DNA of 64,000 nt from Lama glama (GCA_028534125.1 CM052817.1:77750001-77814000); one strand, 5' to 3'. Shown: positions 12,150 to 24,805, counted from the first letter of the stretch. Notes: generated by a model from the sequence alone, not told the origin. Program-made: numbers and translations.

Positions 12150-13990
12150 ACAGATACTCAAGTAACATACTATAAAAATTTGTTGGGATACTGCTGTGCT
12201 CCAGAGTTTGTCCAGAATGCTGTGAAGTAGAAAGGAGGGGCACCTAACCCAGTCTGGGCAGGCCCAGTCAGACTTCCCAGAAGTGAATTGGGAACTCTCC
12301 CAAATATTCAGAAAGTGAAATAAAAATTCCCTGAACCAATCCTTCTTCTATCCCACTCCCCAGAGGTAGATAATGTACCCTTCTTGGATATGTGTGTATA
12401 AAAAGTATATGTTTGGATTAAACATACACAGAGACAAATGTATCTTGAGACAGAATTGAAGTATACATGCTGTTTGTGAAATGCCTTTTGCACTTGACTG
12501 TTGTGATGTCTTTCCTTAGACATACAATGAGCTGAGGCTGAAGATGTATGGGTTAAGCTGGTGAAGAAAAGTGTGAAGGTGATAGCAGCATGGGTAAAGT
12601 CATGGAGATGAGAGAGAGCATGACATGTGTTAAACCTCTGTTCAATTCAGTCTTTCTGTGCAGGGAGCCTGAAACTAGCATCAAAACTTTACAAAATTGA
12701 AATAGAAAAGATTAATGTGTCTGAACAATCTATAACTAGATTTGAATTATTTTAGAATTATCACACTTAACTTTGCTGCAACAATGCACGTAGTGTTGCA
12801 CATAACATTGATTGTTTGGTGACTATAGCTGAAGCACTATGATAAGGTGCTGGGAATAGACAAAATTTTTTCTTTGTATAAGACAAAGTCCATGTGGGAG
12901 TGTAGTCTAATGAAAGATCTATAGATACGGATATATAGATAAAGATACTGTACAGATACTATATGGAAGTATACATCAGGACCCTTAGCCTCCAGAATGA
13001 GTTCAGGGAAGGCTTCTTGGCATAGATGAATATGAATTATCTAAGATAAAAAGTGTGGGCTGAACAATTCAGGCAAAGGATCAAGCCAGGAAAGGACTGT
13101 ATGCAGTTTCATCTTTTTGGAGCAAAATATGGCACATGTGTTGGAAGAGACAGAGGAGAGGGAATAGGAGTCCTGGTGTGTGATGTTAAAGGGCTTATAC
13201 TTGATCGTTTGCTGGATAAAAAGCCACTGAATAATATTTAGGGGAGATGGACACAGTCAGGGATTGTGAATTTGAGGAGGGCAGATTACAGTTGGGAGAC
13301 CAGTTAACAAGCCATTACAAGTAGTCCAGTTGAGAGATTGTGGGGCCTGAAGAAGAGCAGTAGATGTGAAAGGAATGGGGAGGAGGAGGAGATTGAATTA
13401 AATTAAAATGTTTTAGAAGCAGTATGAGAAGGACTTAATGCTAAGAGGAAACAGTGCTGAGAGAAGAGGAGAAACAGTAGATGTATGCTTGATCTTTCCT
13501 TTTGGTGAGTGGAGACGCCTGTGTTACCAGCTAACGGCGTCAAGAGGAGTTAAGAAAATTCTGGGGGACAAAATGGTGAATGCATTTTGTCCATTAGGAG
13601 CATCCAGATCTACATCCTAGTGGATGTATGGTTCAGAGGTTTGAGGGCAAGTTAAAACTGGAAAAATAGACTTAGAAATGAGCCAAAGGAATTGTTGATA
13701 CCTCACTTAGAATACACATGATAAGAAGAGTGATGAGCTGAGGATGGAAGAATGGGGTGATAGAATAGTTAGCTTATGAAAAAGAAAATATAATTATCTA
13801 AGAATTATATAATGATCAGGATTTTCAAAATAGAAACAGGAGTGAGTGTGATGGGAGTCAAGAAGGAGGACAGTCACGTGGCACAGAGAAGTCCACTTAA
13901 AGACAGAAGACTGAAAATGTTCTTTGGAAACTCCAGAGTTGCTAAGAATTCTTTGGTGAAGTCCAAATAGGCTAAGGCCACTGATAATGA
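12150..13990 (-). mobile_element. Cluster of antisense L2 fragments, with a small L1-like insert at ~12310-12520
   Basis: Purine-rich L2 antisense motifs include 'cagggaaggcttcttgg', 'gggagaccagttaacaagccattacaagtagtccag' and 'gtgtgatgggagtcaagaaggaggac'. Confidence 0.65.
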
Positions 13991-14747
13991 TGTAATAAAA
14001 CATTAAATAAGGATGACTAGTATTTATGCGGATTTGCCTTATATCAGGCATGATTCTAAACACTTTTGTGATTTATCTCTATTTGGACTTGAGTTCATTT
14101 TAGACCTAGTTCTCCTATGTTATGTGGAACTCTTTATGGTCCTAAGTCCTCTATGTTTCCAAGTTACATTCTTACCTTCTAACACATTTTTGTCCTTTTT
14201 GGCTAGTCTGAAGCACACAGTGGTCAGTGCTGTTCTACTTCTTAAACTGTCTGCTTTCTCTTTTTGGGTGCAGGTTTAGAGGATATTTCTGATTCACTGA
14301 ATAATAAACACACAATTTGGAAATACAGTGATGTACCGCAGTGGTCTTCAAACTTAATAAGCTCTTTTTTAACTGTTAGAATTTTTACATTGTTTCTTTT
14401 ATCCTAAAATACATAGTTCTATTCCATTTACCCACATTATTTCATCCTAATGTAATACATGTTTTTGTTTGAGAATTTTTTATTGATCAGCCTATTATGC
14501 TTTACTTTAAAAAATATGCCTTTTAAATTGAAATTGAATTTAAAAATTTTCCATGGCCACAAGTCTTGAAACATTAATGTTTCCATTCTGGATTATGTTG
14601 CATTATAATCATTATTATTACACAATTGATTAGTGGAACATAATTATATTACAAATTTTGATAAATTATTTTTGAACATAGAAACATTTTATTGAGAATG
14701 TATATCTTAATAAATATTTAGGTCAGAAGTACTTTTTCAGTATAGAT

Positions 14748-15679
14748 CAGAATTTGTCAAACTTGTTGAACTGAGGACATTTTTATACACTTAAAAATTA
14801 TTGCGGCCTTATAGATGGGGACTGTGGAGGGCAATAGGAGGACCATCCAGTTACCTTCCATCTTTGAATGTCTTCCACAGCCCCTTCACCAGCCCCAGGG
14901 AACCAAGGTGGACCCTTCACTATGCTCAGTACTGCCCATTTTCCCAGCGACACCTTCCCCAAATGTGTGGCCCTCTGATTCTACCTCCCCACTTTCCCTA
15001 TTTTTAAAGGCTACTTGAAATTTAAAAAATGAAGCAGCCCTAGCTAAGATTAGGGGGCCAGAAGGAACTTCTGATTTCCCAGAGGGCAGAGTAGGAATGA
15101 GGCTGGAGGTCATGTAATCTCCCTAACCCCACCTCACCCTGGGAATTCCTAAGAGTTTCCAGAACCCAAGTCAGAGGGATCCCTTCCACCCTTATCACCT
15201 CTGCATGAAAAATAAAGGAGGACAGAGGAATAAACGTGTTGCTTCATTGAAAAAATAAATGAGGATCCCAAAGAGCTTTTATGTCGGTTTTATTTATCAA
15301 CATTTATTGCATTAGAAATTGAAATTGAGAAATTAAAACTATTTATTTATTCATTTATAAATAAAAGTAATAGACCCATTACATACAACCATAAATGATG
15401 TATTTTTAATGAAGAGTATCTATATTTTCAAAAAAACAGTGAATATCGGCATTGATTTATTTTTGCAGATCTCTTTAATGCCTGCCTTAAAAAAAAAAGC
15501 AACTGGATTCTCATATCTACTTATACATTTACTCTTTTATAATATGTTGTTTTGATTGAAATATATGAAGAAAATCTGGCTGCACACAAATGTGTAGCTG
15601 GAAAAAGGGGATTCGATGGATACCTAAAAGAGTCTCAGGGACCCCCAGGTGTTTTTGGACCACATTTTGAGAATGATTG
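14748..15679 (+). mobile_element. Non-autonomous hAT-Charlie-type element nested in the outer hAT and interrupted by a retrocopy
   Basis: Termini are 'cagaatttgtcaaact' and 'ggaccacattttgagaatgattg'. The degenerate 8-bp TSD is gtatagat (14740-14747) / atgtagat (15680-15687). A homologous uninterrupted copy lies at 24460-24805. Confidence 0.75.
14804..15250 (+). pseudogene. 5'-truncated processed retrocopy of an unidentified mRNA 3' end (3'UTR-like)
   Basis: A block of much higher GC than its flanks. AATAAA occurs at 15211 and 15229, the second ~15 nt before an A-run. The TSD is aaaaattattg (14793-14803) / aaaaataaatg (15251-15261) at a TT/AAAA site, and the host hAT resumes in register. Confidence 0.7.
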
Positions 15680-16499
15680 ATGTAGATGTAAGTGATAAAG
15701 AACAGCTTGTTCACATAAAAAGTCGGTGAGAATGGAAAGAATAATTACAACAATTATATCCCTAAAATTTTTTTATATATGTTCCTCTTATCAAGTATTA
15801 TTTTAAATTGTCTGTTAGCTAACAACCAAAGTCCTCATTCAATCTTGTTGAGAATAAATGATTTAAAATCATCTAAGTTACAAATGAAATTTATTACCTA
15901 TTCTTAGACTTCATTTTCTCAATATTTGGGAAATACATCAAAAGTATCTTTTGAAGAGTTCACAAGTAAGAGTTATGATATGGCTACTACTCTTTCTCTT
16001 AGACACACCCTATTTTGATTTTTAACTCAGAAAGGGTTGGAAAAATTGAAATGTTGTCAATTTTTTTAAAATATTATTTTCAGTACAACTTTTTACAGTA
16101 TAATGTTTTAATTTAAAATGTTTGTATGCATTTACAATACTGTGTATCTATGTGTATGTTCCTCCCTTGTAATAGTTGGAGTTCCAGTTCATTCAGTTCT
16201 TGGAAAATGTCAAGTCAATTCTATCAATCAGATTTACTCATTTAAAAAATAGTAATTCAAATAAATGTGTTAATATGCATTCTCATGATAAATATCTCAT
16301 TTGGGAATTCTGATTCTTAACTAGGGAAATGAATAGTTGAGAGAGAGAGATAGGTCTTTGCAGGGGGCAGGATACATGAAAGGATGAGTTTATAACCTAG
16401 AAACAAGTTTGCCTTTAGTATTTCTCATCAAAGATCCTTTTGCTTCATTTTCACAAGACTTTCTTTTAAGAGTATGAATTCTTATAAAATAGTTAACAG

Positions 16500-17312
16500 A
16501 TGGGTACAGCCTTTATGGAAAACAGTGTGGAGGTTCCTCCAAAAACTAAAAACAGAACTACCATTTGATCCAGCAATGCTACTTCTGGGCATATATCCAA
16601 AGGAAATGAAACCAGTACCTCTAAGAGATACCTGCACTCTCAAGTTCATTGCAGCATTACTCACAATAGCCAAGATAAGGAAACAACCTAAGTGGCCACC
16701 AGCAGATGCGTAGATAAAGAAAAAGTATACATACATACATGCATAGCTACATATATGTATATGAGTATATATATATGTGAATATTTTTCATCCACAAAAT
16801 AAAGGAAAGCCTACTAACAATATGGATTAACCTGGGGGACATTATGCTGACTGAAATAAACTAGATATAGAAAGACAAATATTGTATGATTTCACTTATA
16901 TGTGGCATCTCAGAAAGTTAAGCTCATAGAACCTGAGAATAGAACAGTGGTTGAGGAGGGCAGAGGTGGAGGTGGGAGACAAGGAGATGTTGGTCAATGA
17001 CTACGAACTTTTGGTTATAACTGAAATAAGTTCTGGGGATCTAATGTACAGCACCATGAGTATAGTTAATAACACTGTATTGTCTACTAGAAACTTGCTA
17101 AGAGAGAGGCTCTGGTATTCTTACCACATATACACACACACACACATACACACATACACACACACACAATAACTCTGTGAGGTGATGGATGTGTTAATTG
17201 GCTTGATTGTGGTAATGCTTTTACGAAGTATATGTATGCCAAATCATCACATTGTATAGCCTAAATATATAAAATATTTGTTAGTCAATTATACCTCAAT
17301 AAATGTGGGAAA
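16500..17312 (+). mobile_element. L1MA-type 5'-truncated LINE (ORF2 C-terminus plus 3'UTR) with an internal (CA)n
   Basis: ORF 16474-16713 translates as [35 protein letters not shown], the L1 ORF2 C-terminus. The element ends 'tcaattatacctcaataaa'. A possible decayed TSD lies at 16486-16503 / 17311-17328. Confidence 0.92.
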
Positions 17313-17829
17313 AATAATTGGTGGATGGAATAAAAATGATCATTACAATGACTATGTCACTCCGGAATAAATTTGAATTCAGACTTATTGGCCAAATAGC
17401 ATGAGTTCCCACCAACATTTTACATTAACAGAAATATCTAAAAGGGGGAAAACTCTTAAACTCCTACTGTGGGTTTAGGGTGACTCAAATCAAGGAGGCT
17501 ATACAACACTAGTGTTTAATTTTGCTTTGAAGAGTTTGCCTTCCTGATGACTTTTGTATCCTGTGGAAATGCTCCATATTAAGATTTGGCATCTGTGAGA
17601 GGTAGGCTCTTCTTTAATAAATTGATAAAGGGTAATTTTGGGAAGGGAGGTGAGAAAGGAGGACTGACATTCATGCCCTAATCCTCGACAGGTCTTCAGG
17701 CAGGTCAGTATTGGTTAAGGAGTCATGTCGAAGTGAAAGGTTCAGTATCAGAGTCCCCTTTAAACTGTCTTTCCCATGTGCTTCTTAGAAACTTGTTGTA
17801 TACGCCCAGGAATATACATCTGTCTGAGT

Positions 17830-18340
17830 TTGAAGAATGCTATCACACAGCACAGATACAGTCCTTGACCCCACTGAATTATAATGTTATGGGAAATGCA
17901 GAGAAATAAAACAGAGCAACCCAAACCTACAGTTACAACACTGTGTGTTATGGGGAAGTGTGAGAACCACAAGATCATCAGTGAAGGGCTCCCAAGCTGG
18001 GTTGGGGGTTCAAGAAAGTCTCCTGCGAGAAGATGACATTAAAACTTAGACTATGTGAGATGGAGAAGTTAGCCAGTTGAAGAGGGTGGAAAAGAGGGGT
18101 TCCAAACAGAAGGAAGAGTGTGCACAGCACAAAGGCTAGGGAGAACTGAGTACACTTGTGGAAAAGAGCTCAATGTGGCTGGAGTGGAGAGGGAGGGGAC
18201 AGGAGCAGGTAGACAGAGAGCAGGAAGGCAAGGAGGAGGATGGAAGAGGAGGCAGAGGCCAGAGCCTGAGAGAGTCTGCAAGTCATCCGTAGAACTTGAA
18301 ATTTTACCTTGGGTAAATGGGAGCCACTGGCAGCTTGGGC
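17830..18340 (-). mobile_element. L2 LINE fragment
   Basis: Contains 'agaaagtctcctgcgagaagatgacatt' and 'gtgtgcacagcacaaaggctagg...ggtaaatgggagccactggcag'. Confidence 0.7.
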
Positions 18341-20539
18341 AGGTAAAGAAAGTCACCATATTTGTGTATTCTCACTTACTTGCTAAAAAGAGAGAGTGGC
18401 AGATCCTGAGACCAGCTCCTACTCAATACCTGCTTGTGTGACGTTTTCAGCTTTTCCCACTTCTTGAGAGTTTTCTTTAGCTCTCCCCAGCAGAATTTTT
18501 TTTTAATAGAAAGCATTTCAACCATAATAATTTCACAGTACCACACACTTTAAACACATAGCCCCCAGAAATCACCCATAGACTAAAAGTATCTACTGTG
18601 TGGGCTCTAGTTGGAATTTCCCTTTATTTTCCCCCCAAAAATCTTCCATTCTCTTTTGAAACATTGGTCTAGGGGAAAACTGAATATTCAATATATTTTA
18701 CTGAACCTCAAGTCAGTCATAACATGGATTTAAATACTTTCAATTATGGATACTGGAGCTACAACACAATATGTGAAGCACCGTCCTAGGCACTGCAGTG
18801 ACTTTTAATCCTGATATCACAGGAGTACTAACACTTTATACTGCCATCTAGACAAAATTGATACTTTTACTAATGGCTCTTTAAAATTTATATTACTCTT
18901 ACTTAAAATAATTTCCAGTAAAACTGTTTAAAAACTAAAACTGATAATGCTGTAGTCAATATTAGCTCATTTGTGACATGCATATTGTAAAGGACTTTTA
19001 AAGATGGCCACTGAATATGCTAGAACAATTAAAGTGGGAAGTTTATGCTACTCCTTCCTAATTTACCCTCATGACCTCATTTAAAAAAGTACTTACTATT
19101 AGGCTTCAAAAATAAGGTCTGAGTCTTCTTATTGGGTGCAATGAAAAGAAGGAAAAATAAATGCACACCAAATCTCCTAATTTTGCACCTCTGGTCCTGG
19201 GGAGGATATTTTCATAAATTAAGCTTAATTTACCGGGATAGATGGAAATGGTAGTGGATGCAATATTAGTGATTGCAGCTGCATCCTTGCCAAGGATCTG
19301 TGTTCCAACAGAAGCCAAAAGGGTGAGATGAGTCTGCTGTGTCCTCTGAGTAAGCAGGACACACACTTGGGTAGGTCTTTGACCAGGCCTCAGTTCTCCT
19401 TCAGTGATTGCTTCTTTGCTTCTATAATCAGGAGTGGAGGCTTGCTCTTGGCTGGTCTGTCTTCTTCATGGCTGCTTCATTAAAAGAAGAAATTCCATTT
19501 CTCTCAAGACCTACCCTTCACAAGTTAGGTTTCTAATACTGTGGCCCAATTGGGAAATAAAGCTTAGAAACTGTTGGAACCAAAACATTCTTGGAGTCAG
19601 ATCAGCTATCTTCAGCATAAAGTTGTTATTTTTTTATTATGAATTTATGAACACACTTGATATTTATTTCCCTATTCTTACTTCCGAAAGTGAGATAATT
19701 ATAAAAGAAACCTTAAGTAGTTCTCTATACATTTGTTGTTTTTTTCTTAATTGCTTTTATCCTTGTAGCTGTGAGTTGAAACCACTTGAAATAGCATCAG
19801 TGACTATGTAGATCAAAACTTAGTAATCTCCATATCAAAGAGCAAATATGTAGGAATATTTTCCTTTGAATGGATACCAAAAAAGAGGGAACTTCCAAGC
19901 TTTTTAAGATGTCTAAAGGGTGTATGTGAAGAAATTGTAGCTGATGAGATAAAAATGGCTTTACCAAAGCCATCATTACAAGGATTTGGGGCCTGAAATA
20001 AATGCAGTAAATGGCCTTCTACTATCCTGCATGTACACACATGTGAAATCTGGATTAATAGCGAAATACAAGAAAAATGAAGAAGGATACTTTATAGGGT
20101 GGTAACAAATAGCTTGAAGGTATATCTAACCTGGTAGTCAGATCTAGTCCTGTCAGTGCTGATTTTGTTTATAGTATTTGTGTCTCAGGTCACTTTTGCC
20201 ACCAGCTGGTTAAATCACCCCTTGTTAGTCCTCCCTATTGACTCCCTTAGTTTTTAATTCTTGGAGTCTACTTCCTTATAGTGGCAATGCATCCTTCAAA
20301 GTATGGGACAGAGCAATTACTCTCCTGCACCCTCTTGGAGATATGGCCCTGAGGTTTAGTTTGATGTTCCCCTAACTTGAGAGAAGGTATACAGTTTTGC
20401 TGTCTGTAATTGAATATGTGTCTCTCTATTCTGCAGTCTCATCTCTTACTTTGCTGATTATTAGATTGTCCCTATAGACTCCGGATCAGTTAGGGGCTTC
20501 TTTCCTGTATCCTACTTTATATTGTAGATATTCAAATCA

Positions 20540-21740
20540 ATACAGTTGCATAAATATTTACAGAGCTAAATTCAAGACACTATGTGGAGTGTCACAGAGA
20601 TCCTAACTAAGATGGGTAAAACAAAATCATTTGACCTCAAAGATTTTGCAATTTGGTAAATGATTTTAATTTCAAGTAAAGTTAGAGGGTTGGAAGATGA
20701 AGAAAAGTTTAATGGAGTGAGAAAACAATGTGTGAAATTTGCCTACCTGAAGAAAGGACGTAGGAACAGTAATATATATATACTGAGTTCCTCTGCTGGA
20801 TTATCTCAGTTAAAGCTCAAACTATAACTTTGAGATAGTAATTATGTGCATTTTACAGACTGTGAAACAGAAGATTTGAAAAATTAAGTAATTTTTCAAC
20901 AATTTCACAGCTGATGAGTAGGGATTTGAGTACAGTGTGTCCAAAGCTCATAGTTCTTTTACCATGTTGTGCTGCCTTTAAGTATCAGGAAGGAAAGAAA
21001 GCCTTAAAAGGGAGAAAGCTCAGATCTTCTTTGGAGAGATCAGCAAGTTTGGCTGGAACATGTAGAAGTGGAGGGAAAGTATAGGAAATAGGACTGAGAA
21101 TGTGTGCCAGGCCTGCATATTTAGAAGGATCTCGAATACCAGCGAGAAAATGCTAAAGTGGTAGGCAGTGAGAACTTTTAAAAGTCTTAGAGCCACAGAG
21201 TGAATTGAGAGCTGTGGATAAGGAACAATAATCTGACCGCAGTGCCAGGGTGGACAGGAGAAGAGAAGACGCTGTTCCTCTCTCTCTCCTGTTATGGAGC
21301 TTCAGTTAAAAATAAGAAGGGCATAAACAAGGCAGAGGAAGTGAGGATCAGAGGAAAGAGAAAGCAAGAAATATTTTGGAGGTAGAATCTGCATGGCTTG
21401 ATGACTGCCAGAGTTTAAGGGATGAAGTAGAAAGAAGACTTGAAAGTGACCCAGTTATTTTGAACATGAAGGTATGAAAAGAATTCCTACTACCTGCAAA
21501 TCAGAAAAGGGTCTCCTCTGGAAGAGAAAGGTGTTAAATTTGTTTCAGACAAGCTGAATTTATGATTCAGATAGGTCACCTAGGAAATGACAGCTAATGA
21601 ACACCTGAGAATGTAAGTCTGATGCTCCTAAAAGAGACCTGGGATAAGGATTCAGATTTAGGGTCATCTGCATGGAAAGGCTGGGAAGTGAATAGGGGAA
21701 GATGCTTAGAAGAAAGGAACCTGGAAACTGATGACGATTA
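20540..21740 (-). mobile_element. Antisense L2 fragments with an inserted MIR (~20770-20975)
   Basis: L2 motifs include 'tgacctcaaagattttgcaatttgg', 'ggaggtagaatctgcatggcttgatgactg' and 'gatttaggggtcatctgcat'. The MIR core reads 'cattttacagactgtgaaacagaag...cacagctg'. Confidence 0.7.
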
Positions 21741-22892
21741 GGAGACAATTGATTATTAACCTATCTCAAACAGTAGAGATGCTGCATCTGAATCAGTACT
21801 CTTCTCGATCCTGCAAAGGCAAAAATTTTCTCCCATACTTGAGGTTGTCAGCCATTTTCTAAAATTATAGATTTCAAAGTGCACGTTTCAGTTGATATTT
21901 CTGCTTCATTATTTAGTCATCTTCTGAACCTCATCTTTTGCTGTCTCCTTTAATAAAAATTATTATGCCAAGCATAAAAATGAGTCCTTTTGAGAGTAAA
22001 GCATGTTTAATATATATTTAATATTGAAGTTCATCAGAGATAGTTAGACGTTATGTTCTGATTTCTAGCTATTGACTTCAAAACATCTAAACTTGTTTCG
22101 GCTTCTTGTTAGATTAAAGACTTGAAAAAAGTATTTTTTACTCACTGACATTATGAGCAAAGTATGGGATAGAAGTGATAAAAGAACAATAAGGAGCCAT
22201 GGTAAAAACATCATAAGAATAATAAAAATATAGTCTACGTAACCTTTTCTGTTTCTCCTTTTTATTTATTTTTTAAAACCTGCTTTTCTCCTAAATATTT
22301 GGAGTCAGTGGCATATGTTTTAAGAAATACAATTTTGTAAAAAGTTATCAGACATGTAATATAGAAGTGCTGATTTATATTTAAAGAGAAGTGTTTGATT
22401 TATAAATTTATTTAGCATTGCTGACTTGTGCATTTAAGCATTTATCAGCAGATTTTAAATTGTTTTATAGGGAGAGACAGGGTTCTAAGGCTTAAAACAG
22501 AAATACAGACCAGCTTTAATGGAAGATACTCTGGTTTACTGGTGCACAGCCTGATGGTTTTGAAGCTGTGCTAACTGTACCAAAGCTTCTGCCCTTTCCA
22601 GGTCTGTTCTCCAGCCTCTTCTCTCACCTTTGGCTTGCTTGGCTTGTCTGCTACATTCCTTTTAGCAACTCCTCCTATTTCCACAATGAACATCTTTCTG
22701 AATTGTAGCTTTCAAGTTTGGCTCTAGCTGTTGGAATCTAGGTTCTCTTTTAATTTAGGAATTTTATAGAATCCGAAAGTTGTAACCAGCTTTCTTCAGG
22801 GCTGGATCTTAGCTTTGGTTCAAGTTTTGCACCCCCATGTGGCGCTCATTCAGAATGACCCCGCAGAAGGAACTTAATTTCCTCATTCCAAA

Positions 22893-23447
22893 TGTGGGGA
22901 AGGGAAAAAAATCTTTTTCCTCTACCAGTCTTGTGTTCTCTGACTTGGGCCCTAGACTAACAAAAGACAGGTTAACAAGAGAAAAACAAATAGAAGTTTA
23001 TTAACATGTGTGTTGTGCATATATACACAGGAGCACTCAGCAAAGAGTATCTTAAAGGGGTGGTTAGAACTTGGGCTGATAACAGCACCTTAAAAGAAGA
23101 ATACGTCTTTAGAGAAGTGACAAGGCAAAGGAAGGGAACTTTGAGCTTCTAGGGGTAGCAAATTGTAGGAAGGGAAATATATGGGGAAACTAATGGTAGA
23201 TAAGAGCCAATTTTAGCAAGATTTGTTAGGTGGATTCTTCTGGTGCCATCTCTAAGCTGATAAGGGTCGATAGTTGTCTCCAGTGATTAACTGCTCTCCC
23301 TTTTGGTAGAGAATTAATGTGCTGCTTTTAGACAAACAGTGGGAGGGCAGAGCTTCTCTTGCATTTGCTTTTTCTCAATTGCTTTCACCTCAAAATAATC
23401 CTATGCCAAAGTGGCATGTTTTGGGGGTGGCAGTCTGCTACCCTTCA
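22893..23447 (-). mobile_element. ERV1-class solo LTR (MER34-like)
   Basis: TG...CA termini, 555 bp, with a 4-bp TSD caaa (22889-22892) / cgaa (23448-23451). The minus strand begins TGAAGGG...GCCACCCCCAAAACATGCCACTTTGGCATAGGATTATTTTGAGG, like MER34-group LTRs as I recall them. An AATAAA lies on the minus strand near 23000. Confidence 0.85.
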
Positions 23448-23585
23448 CGAACTTTCAGCTAGGACTTAAAAACTACTGCTAGTTGAACATACATCATAAA
23501 ATAAAATGCATCAGAACTATCTGTGAGTTAATGGGAAGTTCAGATTTGATCACATTACTTTTATTCACATTCAGCTCCAAGAGTA

Positions 23586-24230
23586 CAGTGATTCCTTGTC
23601 TTGAGAAGAATCACCTGTGGGTGTTTGGTCATGTAACCTAGGTCTCTCCTTGGAGATTCGAATTCAGTGGATTTGGAATGGGGCCTGTGATTTTATATTT
23701 TTAACTGGAACACCAGATCCTTGCTACTCAATATGTGGGCCATGTACCAACAATATTGGCATCATCTGAGAGCTTGTTAGAAATGCAGACTCTGGGAACC
23801 CACCCCAGACTTGCTAAATTAGAATTTGTATTTAATAAGAACCCCAGCTATTCATGAGTTTGAGAGGCACTGCTCTAAATCATTGGTTCTCAAAGGATAG
23901 TTCTAGACTAGCAGTAGTAACATCACCAGGGAACTTGTTGGAATTGCACATTCTCAGACCCTATCCCAGGTCTACTGAATGAGAAACTGTAAGGGTGGAG
24001 CCTAGCAATCTGTGAGCCCACCAGGTGATTCTAATGCATACTGAAGTTTGAGAACCATTGCTGAACATGATTCTTATCATTGGGGAATATGGGAACACGT
24101 GATCTAACCCCACAAGGGGTGTATGAATCAGGAGTCTCAACTTTGTACATTAGAATCACTTTTTAAAAGTGGCAAACCATGTGACCACAAATTTAATTAG
24201 AATATCTAGGATGTGGATTTTAAAAATGTT
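23586..24230. mobile_element. Nested cluster of MER5-family hAT MITEs (outer copy 23586-24100 holding copies at ~23719-23872 and 23881-24060, plus a fragment at ~24129-24230)
   Basis: Repeated MER5 hallmarks 'agaatcacctg', 'gagcttgttagaaatgcaga' and 'ccaggtgattctaatgca...agtttgagaaccattg'. A TIR pair cattggttctcaa / ttgagaaccattg bounds 23881-24060. Confidence 0.8.
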
Positions 24231-24459
24231 TTTAAATGATTTTAATGTCCACCTTGGGGTGAAAGATGAGTGTTAATTCATTGACAAATCCACTGGCCAG
24301 TGCTAGAAATAAACAGGCTTCCAGCATCCTTTCACTTTGTATTGTCGTTAGTGCTAGGCTCTCGGTGGGATTGAGTCCAAAGATAAATATAACATGATTC
24401 CTACCCTCAGAAGAGACAGAAAAACACATGAACATTTAATTAAAACTAATTAATTAGAG

Positions 24460-24805
24460 TAGCATTTCTCAAAAAATTTTTGATATAAAGGCTTAACTCC
24501 TAAAAATTACCAAGGATCCCAAAGAATTGTATTTGTATAGCTAATATCTATTAGTATTTACCATATTAGAAATTAAAACTGAAAAAAATTAAAATACAAA
24601 CATCCAATAATAATGCATTCCTTCAGCTTTCAGAATGATAATCTTATCCCATGTTCTCATATTGTGTAGCCTCTGGAAAACTCAGCTGTATGTACACTTG
24701 TTAGAAAATGAGAATGAAAAAAGCAAATAATGTCTTAGCATTATTTAAAAAACATTCTTGACTTTGTGAAGCCTCTGAAAGGGTCTTGAGGATACCCCAG
24801 AATGC
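24460..24805 (+). mobile_element. Non-autonomous hAT-Charlie-type element (same family as 14748-15679)
   Basis: Shares 'aaaaattaccaaggatcccaaaga...attagaaattaaaactga' and 'gaaagggtcttgaggatacccca' with the 14.7-15.7 kb element. Confidence 0.75.

Larger units (their letters stand above)
14338..16040 (-). mobile_element. hAT-Charlie-type DNA transposon fossil (outer element, interrupted at 14748-15679)
   Basis: The terminus 'cagtggtcttcaaact' is at ~14339. The minus strand at ~15700-15750 reads FPFSPT / FLCEQA across one frameshift, resembling the hAT C-terminal dimerisation motif (LPFPxTYLCExGFS). The right boundary is uncertain. Confidence 0.6.

Noticed and set aside
14801..15113. Three overlapping short ORFs as coding sequence
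   Set aside because: These are expected by chance in GC-rich UTR-like sequence, and I recognise no protein.
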